Shown here piece after piece: positions 11,861 to 23,879 of a DNA stretch of 64,000 nucleotides. This DNA comes from Lama glama (taxonomy: Eukaryota). The notes beneath the pieces were generated by a model. That model was not told the origin of the DNA. It saw only the letters and a program-made list of their open reading frames with translations, and searched no databases. Made by a program: the position numbers and the translations under genes. Every line of letters begins with the position of its first letter. Positions within the stretch are counted from its first letter, which is position 1. Location of the stretch: positions 41,602,001-41,666,000 of the forward strand of contig CM052819.1 in NCBI GenBank assembly GCA_028534125.1. The letters are read 5' to 3'.

Positions 11861-14352
11861 GTCAATTTGGCAACAAATTCCATTCTATCCAAATATCAGG
11901 ACTATCAGCATGTGCGTGCAGGTAGCTCTATATTGTCTGTGTGAATGGTGCTCTGCCAAAATTGACTGAGGGTTTAGGGGAAGGGGTACTGGGTTTACTA
12001 CGTTAAATGAACAAAAATTTTCAGTGCTAATAAAAGATAGTCTTTATATTCCAAGGATGAATTTAGTACCATGCAAGGTTAATGTAAATAAACCAGCAAA
12101 GCATATATGGATATATCTTGATGGAATTTTGGGCTCCAAGAATAGAAATAAAACACTTAAAACTTCCACAGAAGGAAAAACAAGTTTCCTTTATGGAGAC
12201 AAAGATTAGGTTTTCATCAGAAGTTCAAACAAATATACTGAATGTTAGAATGGGAAACAATGGAATAGAATGGAAAACAATCTAAAATTATGAGAATTTT
12301 AAACACACTTCCAAAGTAAAATTCAAGGATACTTGCAATATAGATCTATTTTTGGATATGCAAGGGCTGAGAAAATCACCACCCATCATTCTGCTTAGAA
12401 ATAATTACTCCAGGATTTACTCCAGCAGAATGGAATGGATAAAAGAAGAGATGGCATAAATGAAATAGTTCTGAGAAAAGACATGATTTAAAAATAAGTA
12501 TTAATAAAAAATGTAAAGATTATTTTCTATAGCAACCCAAACCCTACATCTAAGAACATATGTTAGGCATGATGCAGAGAACTGATGGATTATTGTGGCT
12601 GTGCTATTTGGTGCAAAGTAGATGTGCCACTGTCAGTGTGACTTGATAAAACAGAGTAGCAGAGACATCTTATCTATTGTAGGCATTGCCTATTTTTCAG
12701 CTATAGCTTCTATTGTTTCACGCATTTTTCTTGAAAAAGCAATGGCTAAAATGGACTTCCTTAATCTAGCTCTATTATGCAGTGGCTACCCACTTCCTGG
12801 TTAAAAAATTATGTTAACTGAGAAACTGTAGAGTGAATATGTACACAAGAGAGCTCTATAGTTTACTATTAGTACTTTTTCCCTTCTTAATTCATTAGTA
12901 ATTAGCATTTTATTAGATAGTGAATGCCTCTTTCAATTTCCTATAGTTGAGCAATGCTAAGATTTAGAATGGAATTAACTTGGATAGTTTTATTACAATA
13001 AAAGATTGGTCTTTTCCCCCAATTTTGTTTTTATTATTATCTAATAAAACAAGTTTACAATCAAGTGGGAAAATATGGTATGTGCTGAGAAATGAGAAGT
13101 AAAAATACAAAGGCAGGCATGAAAGCAGTTAAGGGAGCTTTACTGAGTCTGTTACAGAGAGGGGTGCTTGCAAATTGAAGTTACAGCTCTCTCCTTTTAC
13201 TCTCAGTATTAATGTTCAAGATTTGTGAGTCTTAGCAAGTGTGGACTTTACAAGTGCTATCAGGACTAGGAAAGAATAGATCTTAGTCTCTTCACTCCCC
13301 TCCTGCCCTCTGTGAATATTTAAGTAAGATACTTTCTTGCATCTGAAATGGACAGCACTGACTTATTTCTGTACTAGTAAGTTTCACATCTCCCATATCT
13401 TTTGTCTTCAGTAAGTCATGACAACTTTCAAGCTGTCTCAAACAAGGCCTTTACCATGATATATTCTAGCTTCAATACAAGCAGGGCCAGTCTTCTAAGT
13501 CTAATTTAAGAATGTATATTTTATGTTTGTAGTTAGTGTTCCCTATGGTATATTCAATAAAACTACCCAAGCAACCAACTACCTAAAAAAAAAGAAAGAA
13601 AGAAAAGAAAACACATACAAACAAAAGACCATTCATTTGTACAAATTTCTTCTATAAAACTCTTTTCTATGGAGGCAGAAAGAATAACATCAAATAGCTG
13701 AAATTGCTGTAAATATTTATAGTTAAATATGTATCTTGGGGGATAATATGTAGGTGACGTTCTTTATTCTGTTGAAAAATCACTGCAGCTTCAACTCTTT
13801 TTAGTGAAATATTTTTTGAAATGGGACATTATTCTTGGCTGATTCACTTCACATCAAGCAAAGCATATTTCATCTGTTACTTTACCTTATTATGAGGGCA
13901 TGTAACTGGATTTTTCAATTCTAGACACAGAAATGCATGCAGTGCCATGGTTCTCACACTGTTTTGATTAAATTATATTAAAATTAATTGTTGGGTTATA
14001 TCAAAGTCAGCATAAAAATGAAATAGTTTTGTTATTTTATTCTGATCACACTATACATATATTAATTTTAATAAACAACCAGAAGTTTTACTTTATGAAC
14101 AAGAAATACTGGACTGTGTAGTACCATATTAAAGAATTTAGTGAACTACTCAAAAGGAGGAAATGTCAGATTTTAAACTGACGAGAGAGGGAAACTGAAA
14201 CATTTGTCTCCCTGAGGAATAGCAAACTCTGGGGGAGCTATGGGAAGATATTTCTGTTTATATCAGTTACCACTAAGGAGCTAGCTAATTCACATTCAGA
14301 TAAATTTCCACCCCCCACAAAAAAAAATGTATTCGCAAAGTCTTAGTGTTTC

Positions 14353-14857
14353 TCTGTCTGCTACTTATGGCTGTGTAACAAACCAATTCAAAACTTAGTG
14401 CCTTAAAGCAATAATGATTTATTAGTTTTCATAAACCTGTGGGTTGGATGGCTGCTTAGCTGGGATCCCTGTGATGCTCTTGCCCCCTGTAGCTGTTCAC
14501 CTATAACCCTCCAGAGGCTTGGCCAGGGTGGAGGATTTAAGACAGTCCTGTTCACTATCCAGAGCCCTGTTGCTGGCTATTGGCTGGCCTCTATCTCTCT
14601 TTCCACATCACTTGATCTACTGCTCATCATTTGGAGTCTAGTCCTGCCTTTGTGAAGGAAGCATCCTACGAGGACAAAGAAAGAAGCTGGAGAATCTCTC
14701 AAGGCCCAGAACTTACATCTCAGACAATATCACAAGCCACATTCTTAGTCGAAAAAATTTCAAGTTCAGTTCAGATTTAAGGGATGGTAAGCAGACTCCA
14801 TCTCTAGATGGAAGGAGCTACAAAATTTGTGGCAATATATTTTAATCCAATCCATAG
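14353..14857 (-). mobile_element. MLT1F/G/H-like MaLR solo LTR
   Basis: gctgtgtaacaaacc...aaaacttagtgccttaaagcaataatgatttatt...gactccatctctagatggaaggagc. Confidence 0.8.
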
Positions 14858-14920
14858 TCTCTCTCTCTCTCTCATTGTCATTTGAAAATTAACAAAAAGG
14901 AGGATGACTTTAGTCTACTG

Positions 14921-15135
14921 CAGAGGTCAGCAAACTTTTTGTACAAAAGGTTAGACAGCAAATATTCAGATTTTAAGAAATCTTAAGTTCTCTATCATAA
15001 CTCTTCAACTCTATGATTGTCAGATGAAAGCAGTCATAGATTACACATAACATAATTGGCTGTCTGTGTTACAGTACAACCCTATTTATAGAAACAGTGG
15101 CTGGATTTGGCCCATGGGTAGTTTGCTGAACCCTG
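14921..15135 (+). mobile_element. MER58A hAT-Charlie MITE
   Basis: TIRs cagaggtcagcaaact / agtttgctgaaccctg; 8-bp TSD gtctactg (14913-14920) and gtcttctg (15511-15518, displaced by an MLT1 insertion). Confidence 0.9.
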
Positions 15136-15136
15136 A

Positions 15137-15506
15137 TGCTATGGGTTGAATTGTATTTGCTCCCACCCTAAAAAAATCCTAACCCCCAGCACCTCAGAAT
15201 CTGACCTTATTTGGAATTATGGTAATGGCAGATATAATAGCTCAGGTGAGGTCATACTTAAATAGTATGGGTTCCATAGTTCAATATGACTGGTTTCCTT
15301 TCAAGAAGAACAAGGAATGCCAAAAGTTTCTAGCAAACCATCAAAAGGTAGGAAGAGTCCAGGAAGGATTCCCCTATGCATGTCAGAGGGAACACAGCCT
15401 TGATTTAGACTTCTAGCTCAGTACTGTGAGAAAATAAATCTCTATTGTTTTAGTTCACCCACTTTATGGTAGTACTTTGTTACAACAGCCCTAGGAAGCT
15501 AATATA
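15137..15506 (+). mobile_element. MLT1B/C-like MaLR solo LTR (internally deleted)
   Basis: tgctatgggttgaattg...cctaacccccagcacctcagaat...gagaaaataaat...tactttgttacaacagccctaggaagctaatata; 5-bp TSD cctga/cctgg. Confidence 0.9.
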
Positions 15507-17142
15507 CCTGGTCTTCTGTGTAACGTTGATGGATTACATTTTTTTTATTGCAAATTTTGTACATTTTTTTCCTGCTTCTTTTATCTACTTTTTTCTCCTG
15601 GTTGCTTATAAATCCTAGGGAAAAGCCACCTTCTTAAAAACGGAGGAATGAAAATCTTTAACCCTTTCCTTCCCTGACATCAAAATTGACACTCTGTATC
15701 AGGCATTTTATAGTTGATGGCATCCAGTGTGGTCAAATTATTCCCATGAAGGTGTTCATAAATGATACTCAGTAGGATATCGTGTCCTTCCTACCCAACA
15801 TTTGCATTTCAACAGAAATCTTGAATGTATTTATTTTAAAATGTTTCTCAAGTTTTTTCATTTTTAGCTGTTGTATCTCTCTCTATCTTTTTTTAAATCT
15901 GTAAAAAAATTTTGTCTGGAATCATAAAAAGTAAGCCAAGCATGGTTGAAACCGGTATAGGAAGCATGGAGTTTCACTTCTTAATTTTTTTTCCTGAATT
16001 GTGTCTTCTCATCTCTTGAGGACACATCAATGAATCCCAGAACCTTAGAGAACAGAGTTTAAAATGTGTTGTAAAAGGAGGATTATTGTGAAGATTTTAG
16101 GCATTAAGGAAAAGATTTAGGGAGAACAAGTTCAATTCCAGATGGTCAGATTTTATCAGATAGATGAACTGTTAGCAGACTCAAGCATGAAATCTGACCA
16201 AGTGTTTTAATGAATACATGAAAGTATATAAAATTAGAAAAGTGAAAAGGATTTTTTCCTAATTAGCTAGATGTCATATATATCCATCCTTTCCTCAAAT
16301 GAAAGATGCTAATTGAACAATGGCTGCTCATGTGCCAAGAGGCAGAATTGGCAAAGGTTCTCCATCAATGGGCATGTTCCTGGCAACAGCAACAAAGCAA
16401 TGTGCTTGGTTGAAAATCTAATTCATTGTTTCAACTGCTGGCATTATGCTCCCTTGGAATGAGCTCAGTTGGTAAGCATTTCTTAAAAATGCAGACATGC
16501 TATTTTTAATCAAGGTCCTAAAGAATATCATACAGAGCCATGAGTTTTATGCATTTAGAATAAATAAATTTATTCTGCTTAATTATATTAGAACAAATTC
16601 AGCCAGATAAGCTAATGATATAATGATGTCACACATTTTTGTCTACAAGTAAAGACATTATCCATGAAATACCTAATTGCTTTATAATTTGCCCTAAGAA
16701 AGGAAGGAATATAGGTAATCACAAAACAGCCTGATTTAAAAAAAAAAAAGTATTTTGTGTTTGTTTTTATTTTTACTTTTTAATGGAGGGGAAAGACAAG
16801 CATTTACATTGTCTTTTTTTAAAACATGGATCAAGTCCATATATAGCATGTTTGCTTTTAGATCAAAGCCACGCCTTGTTTCAGAGCTATTTTACTTCCT
16901 TACTATTAACCTGGTTATGATTACTTTCTCCTCATTCATTTATCGAACTCATCTTTACACCACTGTCTTGTCTTTCTTCTTCTCAATGTTTTGTTTTGCA
17001 CATTTATTTACCACTCTTCTATTAAGCAGGAGCTTAAGAAACCCTGGGGAGCATTGCTAATGTTAGATGAGCTGGGCGTGGACATGAATGCAGACCTACA
17101 GGCATCTGTGAAATGTCTTCTAAGGCATTTGTATTTGTTTAG

Positions 17143-17157
17143 ATTTACAAAAATCAG
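17143..17157 (+). other. candidate 15-nt microexon
   Basis: ttctaag...tttgtatttgtttag|ATTTACAAAAATCAG|gtaagt; consensus donor; all three frames open. Confidence 0.3.
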
Positions 17158-17321
17158 GTAAGTTTCTCTTTGTTATAATAGTCTGATTTTTCTATTTCTT
17201 AGGTGAATTCTTTGTTTTTTAAAGAAAATTTTTAAAAATTCCACAAAAATCATCCACCAAGCTGCTGCCTCGTTGCCCTCAAGGTTGCAGGCATTCCAAG
17301 CTTTCCATCTAGGAAACTCAC

Positions 17322-17423
17322 CATGCTCTCCGGACTCGCTGCCCCAGACTGAGGCGGAGGAGGTAGCTGGGATAATAAATTGCCCATATATTTCATCAAT
17401 CCCCTAGATTGTCTTCTGCCCAT
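17322..17423 (-). CDS. candidate first coding exon (MGRRQSRGLMKYMGNLLSQLPPPPQSGAASPESM), product unidentified
   Basis: GC/CpG-enriched non-repeat block ending gagagcATG|GTGAGT (donor 17322/17321); in-frame upstream ATGs including 17423 and 17387. Confidence 0.35.
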
Positions 17424-18689
17424 TCCTCAGTGTACCCTTGAGCTCCTTCCAGGGCAAACATTAAATTGATTGAATGTCGAAGATTTCTGAGTGAGAACTG
17501 TCTGCTCCAAATCCAGTGGATTTTGACAGTCACTCCTAGTTCTGAAGTGCCTAGAGCCCTCCTTTTTTCTCACCTATTTCAGTTAATAAATGCCTTGGGA
17601 GCAAGCAGAACAAAGAGCTCTTTTGTTCTCCGGCTGCCCTAGGATGCAATTGTAACCCCTATAGGGAGGAGGTTATTAACTGCTCAGGAATCTGAGAAAA
17701 ACCAAGCTATTCATTTTTTTAAAAAAATTCAGGACATGGGACCACAAGGACCTGGATTTTTCCTATACTGCTTACCATAGCATAGTATTTTTATTTTATA
17801 TATATATAAAATATACATGCTAATTATTAGATAATTGAGTTTCTAGAGTCCATATTCAATCATTCTAATACCCTCTCAAAATAACTCAACATGACTTTTC
17901 TTTCCAATAATATTGTACTTGAGCCCCCCCACTACTTTGTCTCTCAAATTGAGGACTTCACAGATGGTCATAAGCACTCAGTCTTATTTGGGACTGGAGA
18001 AAGCAATTCCATGTTGTGGTAGGTGAAATTTGGACTCTTGTTCCCATATTTTCAATAATAATGTAAATATTTAGGATTAAATTTTTATAAAATATTGACA
18101 GAAAAATGAATACCTTTATGGTCACTGTCACTCAAATTTTATAACATTCTCTTTTGCATGATGCTAAATTAAATGGAAATACTATGTTTACCTCAAATCA
18201 CAGCAAAACATTTGTAAATTGTCTTAAACTCATTTCACCTGCTTATCATCACTTAAAATATCAACATGGATGGTATAAAGGATTTATTTTTTAAATTTAA
18301 AAATAACACATTCTCGGGAATATTCAAAAAACAAATTAAGTTGAAATTGACTTTTTCATCCTCTCCTAGAAATAACAACTGTAGAGAAGACCATCATCAA
18401 AATTAATTTGCAATAATGTGTCTCTTTGATGCTATAAATGCATGAAATACATTAAAGAAAGCTAATTGAATTTTTAAAGACCACTTGCAAGGTTCAGCTC
18501 AGGTATTTTTCATATCAAATAAACAGAGCATCTGAGCTAGAAAAGGAATCAGGATGAGACATAGTAATAAAATTCTTACAGATTTAAAGGACATATAATC
18601 CTTTAAAGAAGAAAGAAAAAGATTTTGAAACACAGTTAATTAGAATCTATACAAATCATATCAAAGGAGTTACAGTACTAAAACGCTTC

Positions 18690-20090
18690 AAAGTATTCGC
18701 TCCTGGAACTCTAGAAATAGGAGCATGAAGAAATGAGTATTTAGTACAGCTCATTGTAATGTTATCCTCCAGAGTCTGTACTTGCAATTATTCTTCAATC
18801 TCCTTAAACTCCTCCAAGTGACTCCCTGGCTAGAAGTACGGCAACATGACAACTGCCCGCTGAAAATAATCAACAAGGCTGGATCGGAAAAAATAACAAA
18901 CCTGTTAATCAAATCCTCAAAAATGAATTCTCTGGAGCTATAAGATGAAGAGGGTGTGAGCTTGCTCATGTAAGGCCTGTGGGCCTCTGAAAGCAAGTAA
19001 CCTTGAAATTCAGTTTCGATGGATAAGCAAGGGTGTGAGGACCAAGAGAAAAAGCCTATGCTCAACATGAAGATAAAGCACAAACAGGAGATCTCCTTCC
19101 AAAATTGGAACCTCAAAGGGCTACAGTCTCAGTGAAAGAATGAACTAGAGTGAAAGCCAGTCTGAAGAAGGGAAAAGCCAGGAAACTGGAGAGAAATAAG
19201 TTTATTTACTATTTAACTTCCTAAGGAGTGGAACAAATAAAACCTTAAGCTAAAGGAAAGCAAGTAGAAAAAAACCCACGAAAATGTTAACCAGAAAGAT
19301 AGAAAATAGAAATAGAAAGTCCCAAACTGATGACACGAATAAATCCATATACACTAGAAATCACAGTAAGTAGGTAAAAACTGCTAATAGAAATGGAAAT
19401 GGCCAAAAAGGATTTAAAAGAGTGCTACATACTATTCACGTGAGTGGTACCTAATTCCTAAAGGCAAAAATGTATAAAAGACATGAATGGAAAAATCACA
19501 AAATAAAACTAACCAAATGAAGACTGGTGTAGCCATGTTAACATTAGGCAAAATGGAACTGATGGCTAAAACATTATAAGGAATTAAGAGTACAAATAGT
19601 AATGATAAAAGCTTCAGTTCATTATGAGATATAAATGTAAATAAACGTTTTGTAGCCTAAGGACAATTTAACAAGACACTATAAGGAAAAAAAACTGAGA
19701 AATCTACCATCATGTTAACAGACTTGACTTAATGGAGATATTTATATCTCTAACTAACTATATACATTTATATCCACACACACATATATATTATACATGT
19801 ACATTTACAAACGCATACATAATATGTGTTATACAAGTGATATACATATATAATATATAATTATATATAGTTATAAAATAGCTCATTAAATTTTAAAAAG
19901 ATTTGTTACATGCAAATATTCTTTGATTAGCATGCAATCAGGCTAAAAATGAATAATAAAAAGAAAACAATAAAAAGCATTTACTCAGGGGAAAAATTAC
20001 CTTTAGGTAATTTATGGGTCAAATAGGAAATAATAATCTAGATTAGAAAAACATTTAGAATTGGACCTACAAAAATTGTTATACTGAAAA
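18690..20090 (+). mobile_element. old L1M(E) fragments (5' region and start of ORF2)
   Basis: aaaggatttaaaagagtgctacatactattcacg...ctaaccaaatgaagactggtgtagccatgttaacattaggcaaaat; aatttatgggtcaaataggaaat...gattagaaaaacatttagaatt. Confidence 0.65.
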
Positions 20091-20309
20091 GCAGCTGATT
20101 TATGCCTTTAGCCACTGTTTCTTACAGCTTCCTTTCATATAATAGTTAATTATTTCAGGCTGCAGTGCTGTCAGAGTATTTCCCCAATCTCCCAATCCCT
20201 ACATATCCTCTGTTTTCTCTACCACTTTCTCAAACACACCTCAAGCCATGAAAAAAATGCACAAACACACACACCACCCCACAAAGAGTACACTCTAGTA
20301 GAGACACAT

Positions 20310-20465
20310 TATTTTGTATACGTATTATGTATGTATTATACATTACGGATTATATGTTATACACCATGTATTATGTTATATGATTGTTAAGTTATAAGTT
20401 GCATGACATTACACATATTATACATATATATGTTTATATATACAGTGTGTATGGGTTTGTATGTA
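20310..20465. repeat. TATG/TATTA low-complexity repeat
   Basis: gtattatgtatgtattatacattacggattatatgttatacaccatgtattatgttatatg. Confidence 0.75.
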
Positions 20466-21527
20466 ATTCTTTAGAATTCATTCATTTGAATTACTACAAT
20501 AGTACTTATGCTTTCAAGTGGTTACCAACTCTTACTCCGTCTTCTATCTTCCACGAAAGACATGATATTTAGTAATACTAAAGGATAAACTGAATAAATA
20601 TGGGATCTGAGTAAGGTACTGAACATAGGTAAACCAAGCATGAACATGTGTGAAAATGTTTTCATAATGCTTAACACATTTAACTAGGGTTTGATTACAA
20701 ATTCACATTTGCTTACATGTTGCAAAGGCAAACAAGGGAACACAAAGCTATTCTGGAGAAGCACAGGTTTGCCCTGATTTTGAGAATAGAGAAAAATGTC
20801 TAAAAATGCTCAGAGAATATTAAATTATATTCACAGTTCAGTCTAATGTGACAGCTAGTCCACTTTTGTGTCCTTTACTGCAGAGGACAGGCTACAAGAG
20901 TGGCTCTCATAGAATCATGGCTGTTTCTAACAGTGAAATCCCAGAGTGCCTACGGCTGGGTACAGGAAGAAAGGATGATCCACCTTCTTCCCAGGTGCTC
21001 TGCAGGGCACTGGTGTATACCGTGCAGTGGCTGATAAAATTCGGGAGAAAAGTATCATTTATATAGAGATCTAGAAATTCTAAAGTTAGAGAAATGTTTA
21101 GCTTTACTAATATTTAGGATAAGGATTATTATCAGTGACACCCTCACACTAATCATATTTCACATGGTCCCATGTAAAGATACCCTGAGGGAAGAGGGTA
21201 TGGCTCTTTACACAGACGGAGCCTGCAGTAGTGCAGTCCTATCTCAGCCACTTTAAGCAAATAGTGCAATGGCACATCTTTACATGGGTGATGGCTGTTT
21301 ACATAAAGATTATCTTACAGAAGTTTCACTAAAAATCAGCTATTTCTCACTGCAATTTATACCCATCCTGATCATTAGGGGAAAATACTATATAGCGTAA
21401 CTCAATACATAATCCAACACATAACTTTCAAAAATAGTTATACAAGGTAGCTTAATAAGCTGGAGAAAATAGTAAATATAGTGATTACATATTTAGGCTG
21501 TGAAACCCCCTGATATCATAAAATGTG

Positions 21528-21836
21528 TGCTATTATTCATCAAAATTAATGAGGGAGGCCTGTGCCAGGTTGCTGGACCAGTGCTGTGAGATGCCCATGA
21601 ACAGCTTCCTCATCAATCCCTTCCTCAAGATGACTCCTTCTATGATACACTTGGAACCCTGCAGAGGAGGCCTTCTGCTTTCCCGGTGCCACCTCCTCCT
21701 TCAGTCTAGCTCGCCACTCCACATTGCCTTCTACCTCAGTCTCACTTTCTCTAAAGTGAGGTTCCACCTTGGATGACAATGTTTGTTAGGTGCAAGTGTC
21801 AAACCACTGGCTTCTATGCATGTCGACACTGCCACA
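21528..21836. mobile_element. possible ancient short solo LTR
   Basis: GC-rich island bounded TG...CA with imperfect 5-bp flanks atgtg/atttg; family not recognised. Confidence 0.35.
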
Positions 21837-22139
21837 ATTTGAATCAAGAGCATCCCTTACCACTAAAACACCATACAAGTAAAATGTTGAAACATAACAC
21901 CTTACGAAGATAGACATAGCAGGACAGTGCGGTTTCCCAGATGAACTCCCTAACAGATTGGAGGGAAGGCAAACTAGCAGACTAAAATAATTTAGGACTT
22001 TCTATAATATACTGTTACGATAGATGATAATTGTTTTTGACAGCTTCCACAGTAAATTTAATTAAGTAATTATTTAATATTCATCTTCACCCATATCTCT
22101 TATTATCAGATTGATATATGACAAAATAGGGACTTATAA

Positions 22140-22720
22140 AATCTCTGTAGAATAATTACTTAATATTGTTTGCCATCCTCTGGTAATGCCTTTAATCTGT
22201 CAATATTCCTTTAGAATTTTGATTCCTAGTGTTCAATACAATGGTGCAGATATTTATATGTAGTACAGAAGTAATATACTCTAACTTGAGCTTATAGTCA
22301 AGCAAAATCATTGACTATTTTTTCTTCTCATAAACTGTTGAGTAATATTTTCCTCCTTAGACCCACATGTATTTTTTCAAACAAATTATTATTTTTACTA
22401 TAATATTTTCAATACTATAAGGTTTGGAACCCAGTACTCTCATCCAAAATATAAACTATCTTCCTCAGCTTTGTGATATCTGAAATGCCTGCTATCAAGG
22501 TTATTATCCAAGTTGAAACTATGTATTGAACAGGTCAGAACTGAGGGCAGAGACTACCGGGTGCAGTAAAAGTCACTTTCCAGTAAGCCATCTGTCCATC
22601 ATTTAAGACTACTTGAATACAGGCATTTGGCAATTACAAAATTTCCTAATGGTGTGCTCATTCCATCCACATTTACCTGTTATTTATAAGCATGTCAGGA
22701 GATAATTTGATAACTATATT
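22140..22720 (-). mobile_element. CR1/L3 LINE RT-region fragment
   Basis: tattgaacaggtcagaactgagggcagagac...gtgctcattccatccacattt...tgtcaggagataatttg matches the reverse of L3 ORF2 as recalled. Confidence 0.7.
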
Positions 22721-23879
22721 TCTAGATTCCACATTCAGAACCTCAAAGATTAGTTACTAAAGTCAAATAGAAGAGTACAGTCAGATTATATTGTTGAGAA
22801 AATAGACAATTAACCTGAAAAACCATTAACGACAACGGCGTGAAGAGCATCACCTTGTATGAAAATATCAAATCAGTAATAATGCTGTGAGAGTATTTAC
22901 TGTTACAGAATTAACTTTCTCTCCCACCTGAGATCCGTATAGTATAATAAATACTTTTCCACTTATGTATGCATGGCACTTTACAGACATATGCTATTCA
23001 GCAAGCATTTTGTCTCATATATTCCTTTTATATGACTGTAAAAATATTTTTTTCAATAAAATGAACTATCTTTGGTTGACTGATCTATACCTAGAACTTT
23101 CTTTACACTGTTAAGAAGTGTAGTCTGATTAATCTTGTGATTCTACTATATTACCAAGTTATTTCTCCAGTAGAGAACTTCACTGCCTAAAGTGTGTGCC
23201 AGTGTTTGATAGCTCTAATTCTTTCCTCTTCTTGATTGTGTATAGTTAAAATTTGAAGGGTTTTTTTTTGTTCGTTTGTTTTTGTTTTTAGTTTTCCAAC
23301 CTACTAATTTCATACCCTTTTGAAATGTTATCCTTAGAATCATAGAAACATTTCTTTTAAAAAATGCCCGTATTACTCTAGAGCACATGGTACTTTTTCC
23401 AGAGGGTCACCGGAAGCAGTGTTCTATAGTTAAATGTAGCAAGGTCACTTAATCTTTATTACATTATCAAATATCTCTTCTAGGGTAGTTAGTTGCATCT
23501 TTCATTTGGTTTCAGCAACCAACAAACTAGGTTGCAAGCACATTAGCCAATGCCAGAGGGAAAGATATTGGTGGAATTAATTTGCCTGGTTGAATGCTCT
23601 GTTTTCAAAGCTGCTATTTTAGACATCCATAAAATGACTGTTTTCTCCCCACTCCCCATTCTCATTTTAGATCTGGACGCTATTTTGGTTACAGTTAAAG
23701 AAAGTGCATTGTTCATAAAATCTCCTATGCATTGGACAAATTGTTATATTGTGGGGAATGCATAAAGCGTAAGTAAATGTTCTAAGTTTGCCATGCTTTT
23801 GGTTTCACTTCAATAAAAGAGGATAAATCCAATAAAACTGTTATTCTTTCCAAGTTCAGGAGTTCTTAAGGCTGAAATT

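Larger units (their letters stand above)
7050..12530 (+). mobile_element. HAL1/L1M-ORF1-like element broken into pieces (about 7050-7655, 9251-9470, 12010-12530) by nested insertions
   Basis: tataatttatattctcagagaaatttgagatgg...catccataattcaag and aaaacttccacagaaggaaaaacaagtttcc...gattaggttttcatcaga resemble successive, collinear parts of HAL1. Confidence 0.6.
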
